From positions 7,006,001 through 7,070,000 of the forward strand of contig CP075493.1 in NCBI GenBank assembly GCA_021613535.1: 64,000 bases of DNA, read 5' to 3'. Both the position numbers and the translations under genes were made by a program. This DNA is from Adineta vaga. Its lineage: Eukaryota; Animalia; Rotifera. Shown in pieces: positions 28,001 to 41,123 of the stretch. The stretch's first letter is position 1, and each line of letters opens with the position of its first letter. The notes under the pieces were generated by a model, which saw nothing but the letters and a program-made list of their open reading frames with translations, did no database searches and was not told where the DNA came from.

Positions 28001-29951
28001 TGTATGGTTGTCGTGTAATACAAAAAGCAGTGGAAACTTTACAACCAGAATATCAGACAATAATAGCGCGAGAATTAGAAGGAAATATTGTTAAATGTAT
28101 CGAAGATCAAAATGGAAATCATGTTATACAAAAATGTATTGAATGTTGTACAGGAGATGATATTGATTTTATAATACGTGATGTAACGAAACAAGTTTTT
28201 CAGTTATCAGCCCATCCATACGGATGTCGTGTTATACAACGTATCCTTGAAAATTGTAAAGAAACACAGGCAAGACCTATACTCGATATTTTACACAGTG
28301 AATTAGAAAATCTTGTACAAGATCAGTATGGTAAAGAGAATGATTTTCATACGAAAACGAATGAATGATTGAAATATGTCTTATCTTTTTCAGGAAATTA
28401 TGTTATTCAACATGTATTAGAACATGGTAAACCAGAAGATCGAAGTCGAATTGTGAATGCTATTATGGGACGAGTACTTCATTTATCACAACATAAATTC
28501 GCAAGGTAAAAATTCATTGATAATTCTATTTTCTAAGATGAAAATGTTTTTGCTTGGAGAATTGTTTCATTACTGTTTGAATAGATTTGTAACTACTTGT
28601 TTTCTTTTTGTTTTCTTAGTAATGTAGTTGAAAAATGTGTAACATACGCAACACGAGAAGAAAAACGACAACTTATCGATGAAGTTGTTTCGTTTGGTGA
28701 TGGGTAAGAAATTTTGTTCAAGAATAATTGAATGAATTACATTCTTATCTTGTAGACCTAACTGTGCATTGTTAATCATGATGAAAGATCAATTCGCTAA
28801 TTATGTCGTGCAAAAGGTGAGATAATCAAAATTTTAGCATATGTTCCTTAATTATAAAGATAAATTTCATAAAAGTTTTTTTTTAATCAAGAAATAATTA
28901 TGAGATTCTATTCAAAATCATCTTGAGAACATAAGTAACGAAGTATAAAAATTCAAAGCTTATAGCGATAATTATAACTTCCGCAATGTTTATCATGACA
29001 AGAATAGAACTAATAAAAAATATTCATCAATTAATATATGACTACAAATGAGTAGATCTATGACTAAATAAGAATCGATATGCACATCCTATTTCAATCA
29101 TTTTCTACTATCAATCTCATAATCTTGATTAGCAATTTCATGATCAACAAACAGTATTGTTTTCCATTATATTCCTGATTACAATATGCTTGTAAAGTAT
29201 CTAAGGAATTCAAAATTTTATTATTATTATTACTACATCCTCCAGAGTATTTTGAAATCTCTCGAATAATATTATATGAAAAGATGAGCCTTTTTAATCA
29301 AAGAGACAATCTGTCTCTAATATCTTCTAGAAATTAGTTAACTAATTGTTAGAAAAGACATGTCATTTGGTTCTTTATTATAAATTAAAGATCAACTCTT
29401 TATCTTCATCTATAATCAACATTTTAATCTGAATCGTAGTTTCGAAGAGATCTGTCATTAAAACTATCGTTAATACTAGATTGTATTTAATCAAATAATC
29501 TATTTTTCACGTACAATAGTTGAGTTTTCAATATGTAGTTCATAATTATATATAAAAAAGGGAACTACTCATATTTGATTTTATTCTTTTAGAGTACCTT
29601 GATATTTTTTCTAAGAAACTAATTAAAAATTCTAAGAGTCCTTGCTCTTGAATTCCCTTTTTCTTTTTTGGAATATTGAATGGATATAACAATGAAATGA
29701 ATTTACACTTCAACGTCTTATTTACTATTGAATAAATTTATTAATTTTCTTCGTAGATGATTGATGTTGCTGAGCAATCTCAAAGAAAAATTCTTCTCCA
29801 AAAAGTTCGTCCACATATACAATCATTACGTAAATTCACTTATGGAAAACATATCATAACAAAATTAGAAAAACATTTAAGTAAAAGTTCAGACCTAGGA
29901 GGTCCTTTGTCAACAACAAATTCAAATGGTTTGTCACATTATGACAACTAA
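25014..29951 (+). CDS. pum: Pumilio homolog (PUF repeats), Q/N-rich N-terminus
   Basis: [91 protein letters not shown]. Confidence 0.97.
25872..25957 (+). repeat. (CAA/CAG)n polyQ tract in Pumilio
   Basis: Direct triplet run. Confidence 0.9.
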
Positions 29952-31243
29952 TATTTAGTTTACGGGGGTTTCTTTTTTTCATGTCTTCTATTATTATTAT
30001 TATTCTGTAGTTAGATGTTTCTTCTGTTCATTTGTTTGTTTTTTATTGTGAGACAGTGGTCGCTCTCATATTCTGTTTTCTTTGTTTGCTGTATATAAAC
30101 GGCTCAGGCAATGTTGATTTTTTTCCTTTGGATTTTGCCCGACAACACTGTGTATTTTGTGCTTTTCTTTTTCTTCTTTTTTGGAAACTTGTCTTTGTCT
30201 TCTATACAGCGATTTAGTTTGTTGTTTTGCTCAAAAACAAAAAAAGAATTCTTCTGTACAGCTTTGTTGTCTATCACTTGTAATTGCTTCATATACATAA
30301 TATATAACTGTGTATGTTTGTGTGCGTACTTCATATATTGTAAAGGTTTTGTTTTTACACCCCTCTTCTCGATGGGAAAAATAATATACTCGAGTGAGGA
30401 ACTAGAGACAAGAAGAAAGATGATTAGGTTCGTGGATCAATGCGTACACTGAGAATATATATTTTTTTTCTACATTTCTCTTTTTTTTTGTCTCAGGAAT
30501 TTGTGTGTAATTTGAATGGGAGGTGCCACACATACATACGTTTTCATTTCTTTTCTTTTCTTTTTGTTTGTACGCGTTTTGCTATCAAGGAATGTTTTTT
30601 TTTCATGAAAACTAAATCTGTTTAACTTGTTCTGACACTTTATTCTTGTAGTGAACGACCTGTTCTCTCTCTCTCTCTCTCTTCTCTTTCTCTTTCTTGC
30701 GTTTGTTTGCTCTTTCTCTTCTTTTTTTTCTCTTTTTCATTTGTTCACACCAACCAGCTACTTGTATTACTAACGAAAAAATAAATAGACGGAAAAAAAA
30801 CATCAGTCAGTAGTTGTTACTACATTCTTAGCATAATGAATAACATATACGTCATGCATACATATATATATATGGCTGATAAGAAGAAAAAGAAAAGAAT
30901 CCAATGTTGATTTAATAATTCTTATCTAGACTAATATAAACTGAGTGAGAAGCACTTTTTTTCTCTCTATGGCGAATCATGATGATTTTTTTTCTATTCA
31001 TTATAATGAATAATGATTAAGAGAAGAAAAACTGACAGTTGACTAGATCGAGTGACAATTAGATTTTACATTAAAACGAATGTGCTTTCATTTCTACACG
31101 CCATTTTTCTTCCGTTTCAATGCAAATCAGCATTTTTTTCTATCTTTTTCTAATTTATTTCCGCAACTTCAGATTTTTAGTGAACGAAAAAAAAAAATGC
31201 TTGATGTCAGTCTTTTATAGTATACAAGAATTATTGACTAATC

Positions 31244-32512
31244 ATGTATTCTCCACAATATCCTTCGGCACCTTCTGCTCCTCCTCCATATAATTCTGAT
31301 ATACAATCAAATCATCCACAATATCGACAATCAATGACAAATTATACGGTGAGAAGTGAGGATCGTATGGCAGATTTTCAACATCTTGTAGATCTTTATG
31401 AAAGTAAGTAATTCATTGTTAAACTTCCGGTTTTCTAAAGCAATTAAATTATTAGTTAATCATACATTTGCTACAAAATTGCGTGCATTGGAAGGTTTTG
31501 AAATAGTGTTTATTTGCGATGACTCTGGTTCAATGAATACTCCGCTTGGTAATTTCTATATGACTTATTTTAATTTCAATAATTTTCTTTTCTATGCGTA
31601 GGTGATTTATCTGGACCTTTTGATAAAATGCCATCTCGATGTATGAACTCATTTTTGTGATAAAAATGTCTCTTCTAAAAATGATGTTTTCTAGGGGATG
31701 AATTAAAACAAACTGTATCGATTGTTGTTGATATTGCTAGTGTCCTTGATCCTGATGGTGTTGATGTATATTTTCTTAATCGTGAACCTGTTTTTCATGT
31801 TCGAAATTCTTCAGAATTAGCTGCTGTCTTTGCTATTCCTCCATCAGGTATGTTTTGCTTTCTCTAAAGACTTCTGATTCATCTATCGATTTCTAATCTT
31901 TCTTAGGTCCAACTCCAATTGTTCCTATTCTTCGACGTGTTCTTCACGATAAACAACATGAAATTGAAGAACGAAAATTATTAATACTTTTAGCAACTGA
32001 TGGTGTACCAACTGATAATCAAGGTCATCGAGATATTCGTTCATTTGAATATGTACTTAAACATGAACGAAAACCGGCTAATCGTATACCTGTGACAATT
32101 ATTGCTTGCACTGGTATGTCTTTGAAAAGTTTATTTCAATGAAAGAATCTTCTCATTTAATCTTAGATGATGATGATTGTATTGGATATTTAAATGATTG
32201 GGATAAAAAACTTCCAAATCTTGATGTTGTTGACGATTATCGAAATGAAAAACGAGAAATTCAAAATCGTCAAGGAAAACAATTTCCATTCAGTTTCGGT
32301 GATGTAAGTTGATATTGTTTTTATATTTACAATGGTTTATGTTGCTCTCATTTCTTTTTCTTCTTAATCAAGTATGTTGTCAAAATACTTATGGGTGGTG
32401 TCGATAGTTGGTTTGATGATTTAGACGAAAAGAAAGTGACAACTGATGGCTATGGACGAGCACGAGGAGAGAGTGCCCAAAAACGAAAAAAATTACAATG
32501 CATTATTCTGTA
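31244..32512 (+). CDS. vWA-domain protein, paralog 1 (C-terminal CaaX)
   Basis: MIDAS FICDDSGSM, RWDELK, DPDGVDVYFLNR, GPTPI, LLATDGVP; ends KRKKLQCIIL*. Confidence 0.85.
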
Positions 32513-33155
32513 ACAAAGTATTTTCAGATAACTCGATCAGGAAAACCTATACCATTATTTCAATAAGAAAAAACAGAGAAATGATAAAGAATTTACCATT
32601 TGAGATATCTGAATATAATTCAATATTAACCATTCTCTATGAATTGCTTTGTATAAAATTATTTGTTATTCAATAAATCTTCATAATGATTTCTCAATTA
32701 AAATCATAGACATCGACGTCAATAAAATGTCATCGTGGTGGCCATTATATTGGTTGTCAAACCTCCTTTGATCGACAAATGAAAATTTATAATCACTATT
32801 ATGTATTCCCGTGAATTATTTGCATAATATACTTCGATTGATTTTATTAATAGTGATATATCACTCATGGCTATTGCTTTTAATTTTTTTTCTTCTTTTG
32901 TATTAAATCTATAAAATATATTTTTTTCTAATATGCAATCAGCTTATTGCTGCGGAATTATGTAGCTGTGTGTGTGTGTATATCTTTGTCTATATTTTCC
33001 ATTTTGTTTCCTCGTTTTGTTGCGTGCTTCGCAGAAAAAGAAAAGAAGACAAAGAATCCTGTTAGTCACATTCTAGAATTTTTTTTTCCTCTACGGTCAA
33101 TGCTGCTCATGTCGTCATCAAATTGACGTCGAAATAAAGAAAACACATCCATGTT

Positions 33156-33308
33156 TGACGTCAAGCATTATTATTCATCGGTGTGTACGAATTTCGTTGA
33201 ATAATAGTTCTATAAACAGACAAAGCATCTTACGAAACTAAATTATTTTTAGATTATTTCTGTTAAATTTTCTTTCTTATTTAAAATAAATATTGATCTT
33301 TGACGTCA
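33156..33308. promoter_or_regulatory. CRE-like palindromes TGACGTCA (33156-33163, 33301-33308) upstream of vWA paralog 2
   Basis: Two perfect 8-mers plus TGACGTCG at 33124 and CGACGTCA at 32714 in an AT-rich region. Confidence 0.45.
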
Positions 33309-33422
33309 GATAACAAAAAGAAACAGTAAGTAAAAGATTAGAATGTAGAAATTACATCATTGTTCGACACAGTTTTTATTCGATAGAAATTTATTTAAGA
33401 TATAAAAACAAAACGATCAACT

Positions 33423-34787
33423 ATGAATTATGAACAATATCCTTCCACATCACCTCCACCACCCTACTCAAATTCAGTTGGTTTCAATTCCTTACCACAA
33501 ACAAATGATGAACGCATGTCAAAATTCCAACATTTAGTTAATAGATATGAAATTAATCGAGAATTTGCTACAAGATTAAGAGGATTAGAAGGATATGAAA
33601 TTGTATTTATTGTTGATGGTAAGGAAATGATTTGAAATTAAAATATATTTTGACAATTTTCTGTTAAAAAATGCGAGACAATATATTGATCAACATTTAC
33701 TTTTTTCCTGTTGAATTATTTATGAGTATTTCTATTTAGACTCGGGGTCGATGAATACACCACTTGGTAAGCAATTTGCAACACAATTTCTATTGATTTC
33801 AAAAATATTTATTTGAATCTAGGTGATATTACCGGTCCATTTGATCAAAATCCAACACGATGGGATGAACTTCGACAAACAGTTTCCATTGTTGTTGACA
33901 TTGCCTCTGTGTATGTTTTATTCTCATTAGTTTTATTTGCAATTTGCTTCTTTTTTTTTCCATCTATGTAAATTAGTTTCGATCCAGATGGTGTTGGTAA
34001 GTATACGTAAAATACAACTGATTGTATTCTTATCTTTCTCGATCTTAGATATTTTCTTTCTCAATCGTGAATCGAAACGAGGCGTTAAAAGTGCGGAAGA
34101 ACTTATTCCTGTTTTTTCTGTACCACCTGCTGGTAAATGAGAAGAAAGAAAGAGTCGGTCGTATAAATTTTCTATTCTTATTCTAGGACCAACGCCAATC
34201 GCTCGTGTTCTTCGACATATCTACAAGAAAAACAACTTGAAGTTCAAGAACGTAAATTATTAGTTCTTATCGCTACGGATGGAATTCCAACGAATGAAGC
34301 AGGACAACAAGATATAAAAACTTTAGAACATGTTCTTCGTCATGAACGTACACCAATTAATCGTATACCAGTAACAATTATAGCTTGTACAGATGATGAT
34401 GAATGTGTCGGGTAATTTTGAATCGTTTTTTCCCCTATGTATGATAGAAATAATGTTGTTTTTCTTTTATCGATAGTTATTTGAATAGTTGGGATAAAAA
34501 AATTCCAAATCTTGATGTTGCAGATGATTATCGATCAGAACGAACGGAAATACATAACGCGCAAGGAAAAGATTTTCCATTTAGTTTTGGTGACGTAAGT
34601 TAGATGGATTGCATTATTCTATTTAATTAAAATATTTCATTTCATTTCGAAGTATGTTGTTAAAGTATTAATGGGTGCTGTCGATGATTGGTTTGACACT
34701 CTCGATGAACGTCGAGTTACTGGTAGTGGACCACCGAAGCGACACGGACGAAAAGATAAGAAGAGAAATACCTGTTGTATATCATGA
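33423..34787 (+). CDS. vWA-domain protein, paralog 2 (C-terminal CaaX-like)
   Basis: FIVD|DSGSM, RWDELRQ, DPDGVDIFFLNR, GPTPI, LIATDGIP; ends RKDKKRNTCCIS*; clearly homologous to 31244-32512. Confidence 0.85.
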
Positions 34788-35279
34788 AAGATAGTACTAC
34801 TCAAATAATCATTCTTTTTCTTACATGTGAGTTTATACATAATCAATGTTTATCTACATGTCTCTTTTTTTGTATTTGTAAATTTGTTTGTCATTGGCCT
34901 TGTTTTCATGAATTTAATGTAAATGATATTACGATAGGTTTTTGAAAAATAACAATACATTGTTATCTTATTCGGCAGAAAAATCTCGTGTAGCATATGG
35001 TAGAAAAGACAACTGCATCGCTCTATTTGATTAGATAACATTAACTAATTGGTTACTTCGATTAAACGATAGGCAAAATTTCATCATTCTCTAGACATTA
35101 GAATTGTCTAGAAACTTTGTAGTCTTAACTTTAGAACTGTAACATTTATCTATTCATTTTTTTTTAAATTTCATTATTTAACATGAAACGGAATAGAACA
35201 GAAATAACAAGTGAGTAATTAAATACAACAAAGTACAATACTTTTTGACTTAGATTGAGAATGTTATGATAATGAAATA

Positions 35280-38200
35280 TCAACTATTATCGTATGATGT
35301 CGGTTGATGATCAGATGTATTTGGTAATGATGATGAAGGTGTGAGAAGATGTATTGAATGCGAAAGTAAAGAATCATTTGACTTGAAAATATCATGAACA
35401 TTGTCAGGTATTTCTGGTAAATGTGTTGGTGTTTTACTGATATATGGAGAGAATTTTATCTTCTGAGTTCGTTTCATCTGTTGTTGATTCCTAGAAATAT
35501 TGGGAAAGAAAATAAAGATAGCTATGCACAAAGGAACAAATATCAGAAGAATCGAATATCAATATGAAATATTTGGAGAAAAAAAAACTTTTGGAAACCA
35601 ATATGTTTTAGTTATCTGTGGAGAAAAAACAAAATAAAACATGTTTCTTACGTTATCGGAGTCACCAGTATTGTGTTGTTTGGTAATGAATGTGCTTCAT
35701 TGACAGCATTTTGAATATCTCGAGTGAGTCGATCAAAATTTACATCTGATTTTCTAATATGATTTCTTGTTATACATGTATCAATTGTTCCTAAAGTTGT
35801 TGGTTGAATTAAATTAATTTTTGTTCGACTTATCCCAATATCGTCATCTCTAATTCCACTATTACTATTACTATCATTGGAATAAGGTAATGAGATATCA
35901 TCTTGACCAAAACCACCAGAATTTTCATCCATATAATCAGATGTAACAGTTTCATTCGATAATTTCGTATGAATCGCTTTCAATCGACTACGTCGTCGGA
36001 CATCATTCCAACGGCGTACAATTTTCGATGTTTGTTTCGAATTTGTTACAACAGATTTGGTTTGACGAGCATTTCCATCACCATTTACATAGACAAGTGG
36101 TGAACCAAGTTTTTCATTCAAATCAAATGATTGATCATATAACTTGAAGAATCAAAAAGAAAATTCTTATAGGTCTTATTCAATTAGAAAATAAAAAATA
36201 CGTACACGTGTTGGCATTGTTCGCAATTGTGAATCGTTTTTATGTGTTGATCGTTCATGACGATGAAGTAAACGAGTGATTTTTTTCGGTATTTGTAAAG
36301 TAAAATCCGTTTTTTCAATATCATCATCAAAATCATTCTCGAGCATTTTCTTAATATCAAATCGTGTACGTCGATATCGACCACGTTGGCTGATGTTACT
36401 CTTCTCGTCATCAAAATACGATGAAGATAGATTACTGTTTTCATTTATTTGACTAGTGGTTGATAACATAGAATCTTCATTGTTATCAGATTCAGATGCA
36501 GTTATACTCTCATCACTACTATAATCTTTGATTTTAATTTTTCGTTGAGAATGTTTTTTCGACAAACGAATTCGTTGTTTTATCTCGCTTGAATTCAAAT
36601 TAATCACTAATTCTTTCAATTTCATTATTAAACTATTTGATAATTGTTTATGTTCACATAATGGACAATACCAATCACCATCGGGTACAGATAAAAGTAT
36701 GGGAAATAAACAATCCAAATGATATGCATCATTACAATCATCACATAATAATAAAACTTCTGGTCGATCACTTTTCGTACAGACGAAACAAGTTGTAATT
36801 ATTGTCGATGTCTGTGCCGTTTTAGCTGTACGTAATTGTGTTTCATTGGAAATATTATCATCTTGATCAAGATCGAAGAAATGATCGTCAGTTTCAATTG
36901 GATCAATATAATCATCATCATTATCATCATCTTCTTCAGATAGATCATCGATCTGTTCTTCAGAACTTGATGTAGACATACAAAAATAATCATCCATATT
37001 TCGACGAGTTTTTCTTTTAGGGCGACGACGTGCATTCGATGTTTTCGGTATCTTATCAGGTAACTAAAAATGTATTTAAAATGGGATATGATGATTGATA
37101 AAAACAAGAATGAAATAATTAGTTTTTCTTACAGGAGAGATATTTTTCGAAGAAACAACTAAAATTGGCTTTGTAGTCAGTGTTTTTCGTGATCGTGATG
37201 ATCGACGTAATGCAAGACTCATATCATCGAGAGATGTTTCATCACATTGACTTTCATTCAAAGTAGATTGTCGTTTTCTTTCTTCTCCTTCTGATTCCAT
37301 ATTTACATCAAACTTTTCGTTTTCATTTTTAACTTCAATAGAACTCTTTCTATTTCGTGGTTTGGTAAAACGTTTTGCTCGTCCGCGTTTTCGTTTAGTA
37401 CGTTTTATAGTTTTCTTTTCTTCATCCGTTGTTGGCGTTGTTTCAATTTCTTCACTGCCGACATTTTCTTGAATCGATGAATAATACTGTTCAAATTCAT
37501 TCGTTGGTAATAGAGTAACAAACGGTTCATAATCAATAATCCAATCTTGGGATGAAAATCAATGAGTAAACAGGATATTTCAATTATGTTAATTTCTTAC
37601 CAGGAAATTTCTTGCGAACAATTGTATCAGTAATCAACAATTGAAGAAATTTTTCTAATTCATCTCGATTTCTACAAAATAATATATTCAATTCAAAATT
37701 CTAATCATCATCATCTTCTCACTTAGCAATATTCGTCCATGTTCGATCATCATTTACATTTTCTCGAAACAATCGTATAAAACCATCCTTATCCTACGAT
37801 AGATAATCAAATAAAAATCTGTCATATTTATATCATATCGAAATACGAACCATAAAAAACCAATAGAAAGCACCAAAACGATCTCGACCAAATGGTAAAG
37901 ATCGTATTTCAGATGAAGATTGTTCAATAAGTGTATTTTTTAAAGTTTGATTTAAATCAAATTGGCTTTCAAATAAATTCTAAACAAATGATTTTCGATT
38001 ACATTGAATCAGTCTTGAAAAACAATACGATATACTTTTATAATTCGAACTTTAAGACTAATATTTGCTTGTAAATAACCAACTGTCATCAATTGTTCGC
38101 TGTCCATTTGATCATATCGAGAAACAAACTAATTCAAATTAACAAAACATGAAAGCAAATAGGTAAGAGCAATGGTGTTTACTTTGGTAATAATCGAATC

Positions 38201-38527
38201 AAACCTATCTCGTTGAGCATTTTTTGCTAGAGATAATCGTTTGAGAAGAATAAAATGAAAATCAATTAAACGTGTTGGATCTAAATTTCAAAAGAATTTA
38301 GATCGCATGAATTGTTAATGAAACTTACTTTGTTCGTGATTTTGAAGAAGATGATCTTCAAAAAGTTGTAATGGATAATGAGGTAAATCGAGTATAGTTC
38401 GATATTTATCCAGAAAACAGAGAATAATTCCATAATTGGGATCATTTAAAAGATCTATTCGACGTTGATCTTGTTCAATATCGTTCTCCTTTGACGAAGA
38501 ATCAGGAGAATCATGTTTAATAATCAT
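35280..38527 (-). CDS. RSF1: Remodeling and spacing factor 1-like (DDT/WHIM + PHD)
   Basis: DPNYGIILCFLDKY; LFESQFDLN; PFGRDRFGAFYWF; AT-hook-like KRKRGR; PHD CFVCTKSDRPEVLLLCDDCNDAYHLDCLFP..VPDGDWYCPLCEH. Confidence 0.82.
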
Positions 38528-39017
38528 TTTTCTAAGAAATTAAATCGCAACTTTCAAATATAATCATACGATTTCTATGTTAACAAACATATATCTTTCA
38601 GATTCTAAAACAAAATTCAGTATTTATCATCTAATAGCAGAACAAATTTCTTCATATTTCCTCAGCCCATCCAGTCATTTTCATTTTCATGTATTCGAAT
38701 TGGATTCCGCATTTCATCATACATACAGATCAGAACTGAATTACATTTGTGCGAAAAACAACGATTGAAAACTTAAATACAACAGATGTCGCTATATCAC
38801 CGATTTCATATATTGATACATATATGAGCAATTTTCGATTATGAATCAAACAGATCTAACATAAGATCATTCTTTAGTTATTCAAAATATAGTATTCATT
38901 CTGAATCAACAGATTTTTGCGAAGTTAAACAGCAAATAAATATCGAAAAATATTTTGATTAGCAAATACACAAACAAAAATGAAAATATCATAAGTATAC
39001 AAATATATAACATGCAG

Positions 39018-41123
39018 TTATTTGCCATTCTTCGGATTTAAATTGCCTTCATCATCTCGCCATATACCGTCTAAATCGACTCGACCATATTTATATGTCG
39101 ATTGATTTTGATGTAAAGCATCCATCCATTCTTTGACTATTATTGGTGAATCAATCATGGCATTGATTTCCTACAATTATTTTCGACAAGAAAACATAAA
39201 AAGAAAGTAATTATTTCAAAAAGAATTTTACTTGAGAATGAAACCAAGATTGAGTATCCATATTTCCATTACCCATAATAGCTACTTGATCGTCAACTGA
39301 CATAAATTTAATATGACAATTCCGTTTCTTTTGAGAGAAATTGAGAGGACGAGTTTGATCTGAATGATTTACATACAAATAATCAAATATTTTCACATTT
39401 TTTTCACTTACCTTTTCCAGTATACCAGAAAACATGGATATTTATCTGCTCCATCATTGCCTTCGCGTAGTTTTTTGTAAAGTTTTTTAACAACAGATTC
39501 ATTCGTTCCACCTTGAAATGTTCCACATCCTTCTGTTAAATCATTAAAGCCTAAATCAAGCCATAATGTAACAATAATACCACGACGACAAGCATCAATA
39601 ATTCCATCAATAGCTGGTGAAGCATTCAATGTTGGTGATTGTATAAAAATCGATTTTTTCGCATAACGAAATGCACCTATCCATGCGGCATCTTGTGGAT
39701 TTGCCGTATCAATATGTCCTGGTGTACCATGTGGTGAACGATTTACTAATGCAATCGGTATTGGTTTATGTTCTTGATGGAAAATAAATGGAGAGAAATC
39801 GTATGATAAATTTTCCAATTCTTCATTGGTTAAATTTTCATCTGATTTAGTTTCACGAGCTGATTTGGATGATTTATTTAAATGAAGAGTTAATGGAGAT
39901 TCAGAACGAGGACTTAGCTCATATCCAATAACAGCACCAGCTAGATTACTTGCTGCTTTAACAAGAACACCAGGTGAATGTTCTTGACGATGATTGACAA
40001 GTGCTTTGATAGCCACACTAGAAAATCCATCACCACTAGTTTGCTTTTTATCCGCTAAAGAAAAGATATTCTCATCGTCTTCTGATACTAAAGGTGCGTG
40101 AAGATAAACATCGGATTCTTCACCTTTTAAATGACATTGAAGTCTTAAACGTGCTCGAGCAATAGCTTGTTGTAATGGTTGTTTAACTGATAATATTTTC
40201 ACATTATTCATTCCAAATCGATATTGAATTTTAATACGTGCTGGATCATTTAGACAAACAACATTTGGTTCAAATGGTACCCACCATGATATAAGAAATG
40301 TATCATAAAATGAATTGACAATATCTCCTTCAAAATGTGACATCATTTCAAGATTAGGTCGATCTTGTATATTATTACTATTTAATAGAGCAATACGACG
40401 ATCAACAATCATAAATTTAGCATGAAATGTTCCCATAATAATTCGATGATAATTATTTACTTGTAACGATATATTTGGTATTTCTTCTGGAGATGGAATA
40501 TCATAATCTGACCATTTATCTGTTGGAAGAATATGATGAAAATTTATTATGTTTTCTTTTGTTGGATGATCAATCATTATTTTAACAATAATATATCGGT
40601 CTTCTTTTTCAGCACGTTTACTTAGATCTCGTAAAGCTTTACCAATAATATTAACACTTTCGCTTTTTTCCCAAAAATTTGTTGCCAATAGAACTTCTTT
40701 TTGTGCATGAATAATACAATGATAATAATGTTGCATTATATCGGGAATTGTTGAAATAATTGTTAAAGGAATCACACCAGATGTACCAATTAAACTTGGA
40801 GAAACACATCCAGATAAGGGATTTCGTCTCAATGTACATAAAACATTATGAAATAATTTCAAAAATAAGTTACTGGGTCGATAAGGAAAACGTCCGAAAT
40901 CAGCAGCAATATCTAAATCGTCGTCGGTTACTTCACGGTCAAGTACTTCATAATTAATTCGAGATCGTAAATGATGTTTAGGTGGATCAAAGAGAATGTT
41001 AGCTGCATCTTGAGGACTTTTGATTAATGGTGGTCCAGTTAATAATAGATTTGTTATAGTTTCTTTAGAGATTTTATCAAGAAGTAATAAACCGTCTTTG
41101 TCTTCGATGATTTCTGTTGACAT
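39018..41123 (-). CDS. Phospholipase D-superfamily protein (two HKD motifs), fungal-like, with an apparent frameshift at ~39437
   Basis: FHAKFMIVD..NSNN and CHIKFMSVD..GNGNMD; exons 41123-39412, 39359-39232, 39170-39018; FWYTGK|DQTRP lies out of frame with the long ORF. Confidence 0.8.

Noticed and set aside
30032-30803. Hydrophobic F/L-rich ORFs after Pumilio
   Set aside because: Translations of low-complexity U-rich UTR/intergenic DNA.
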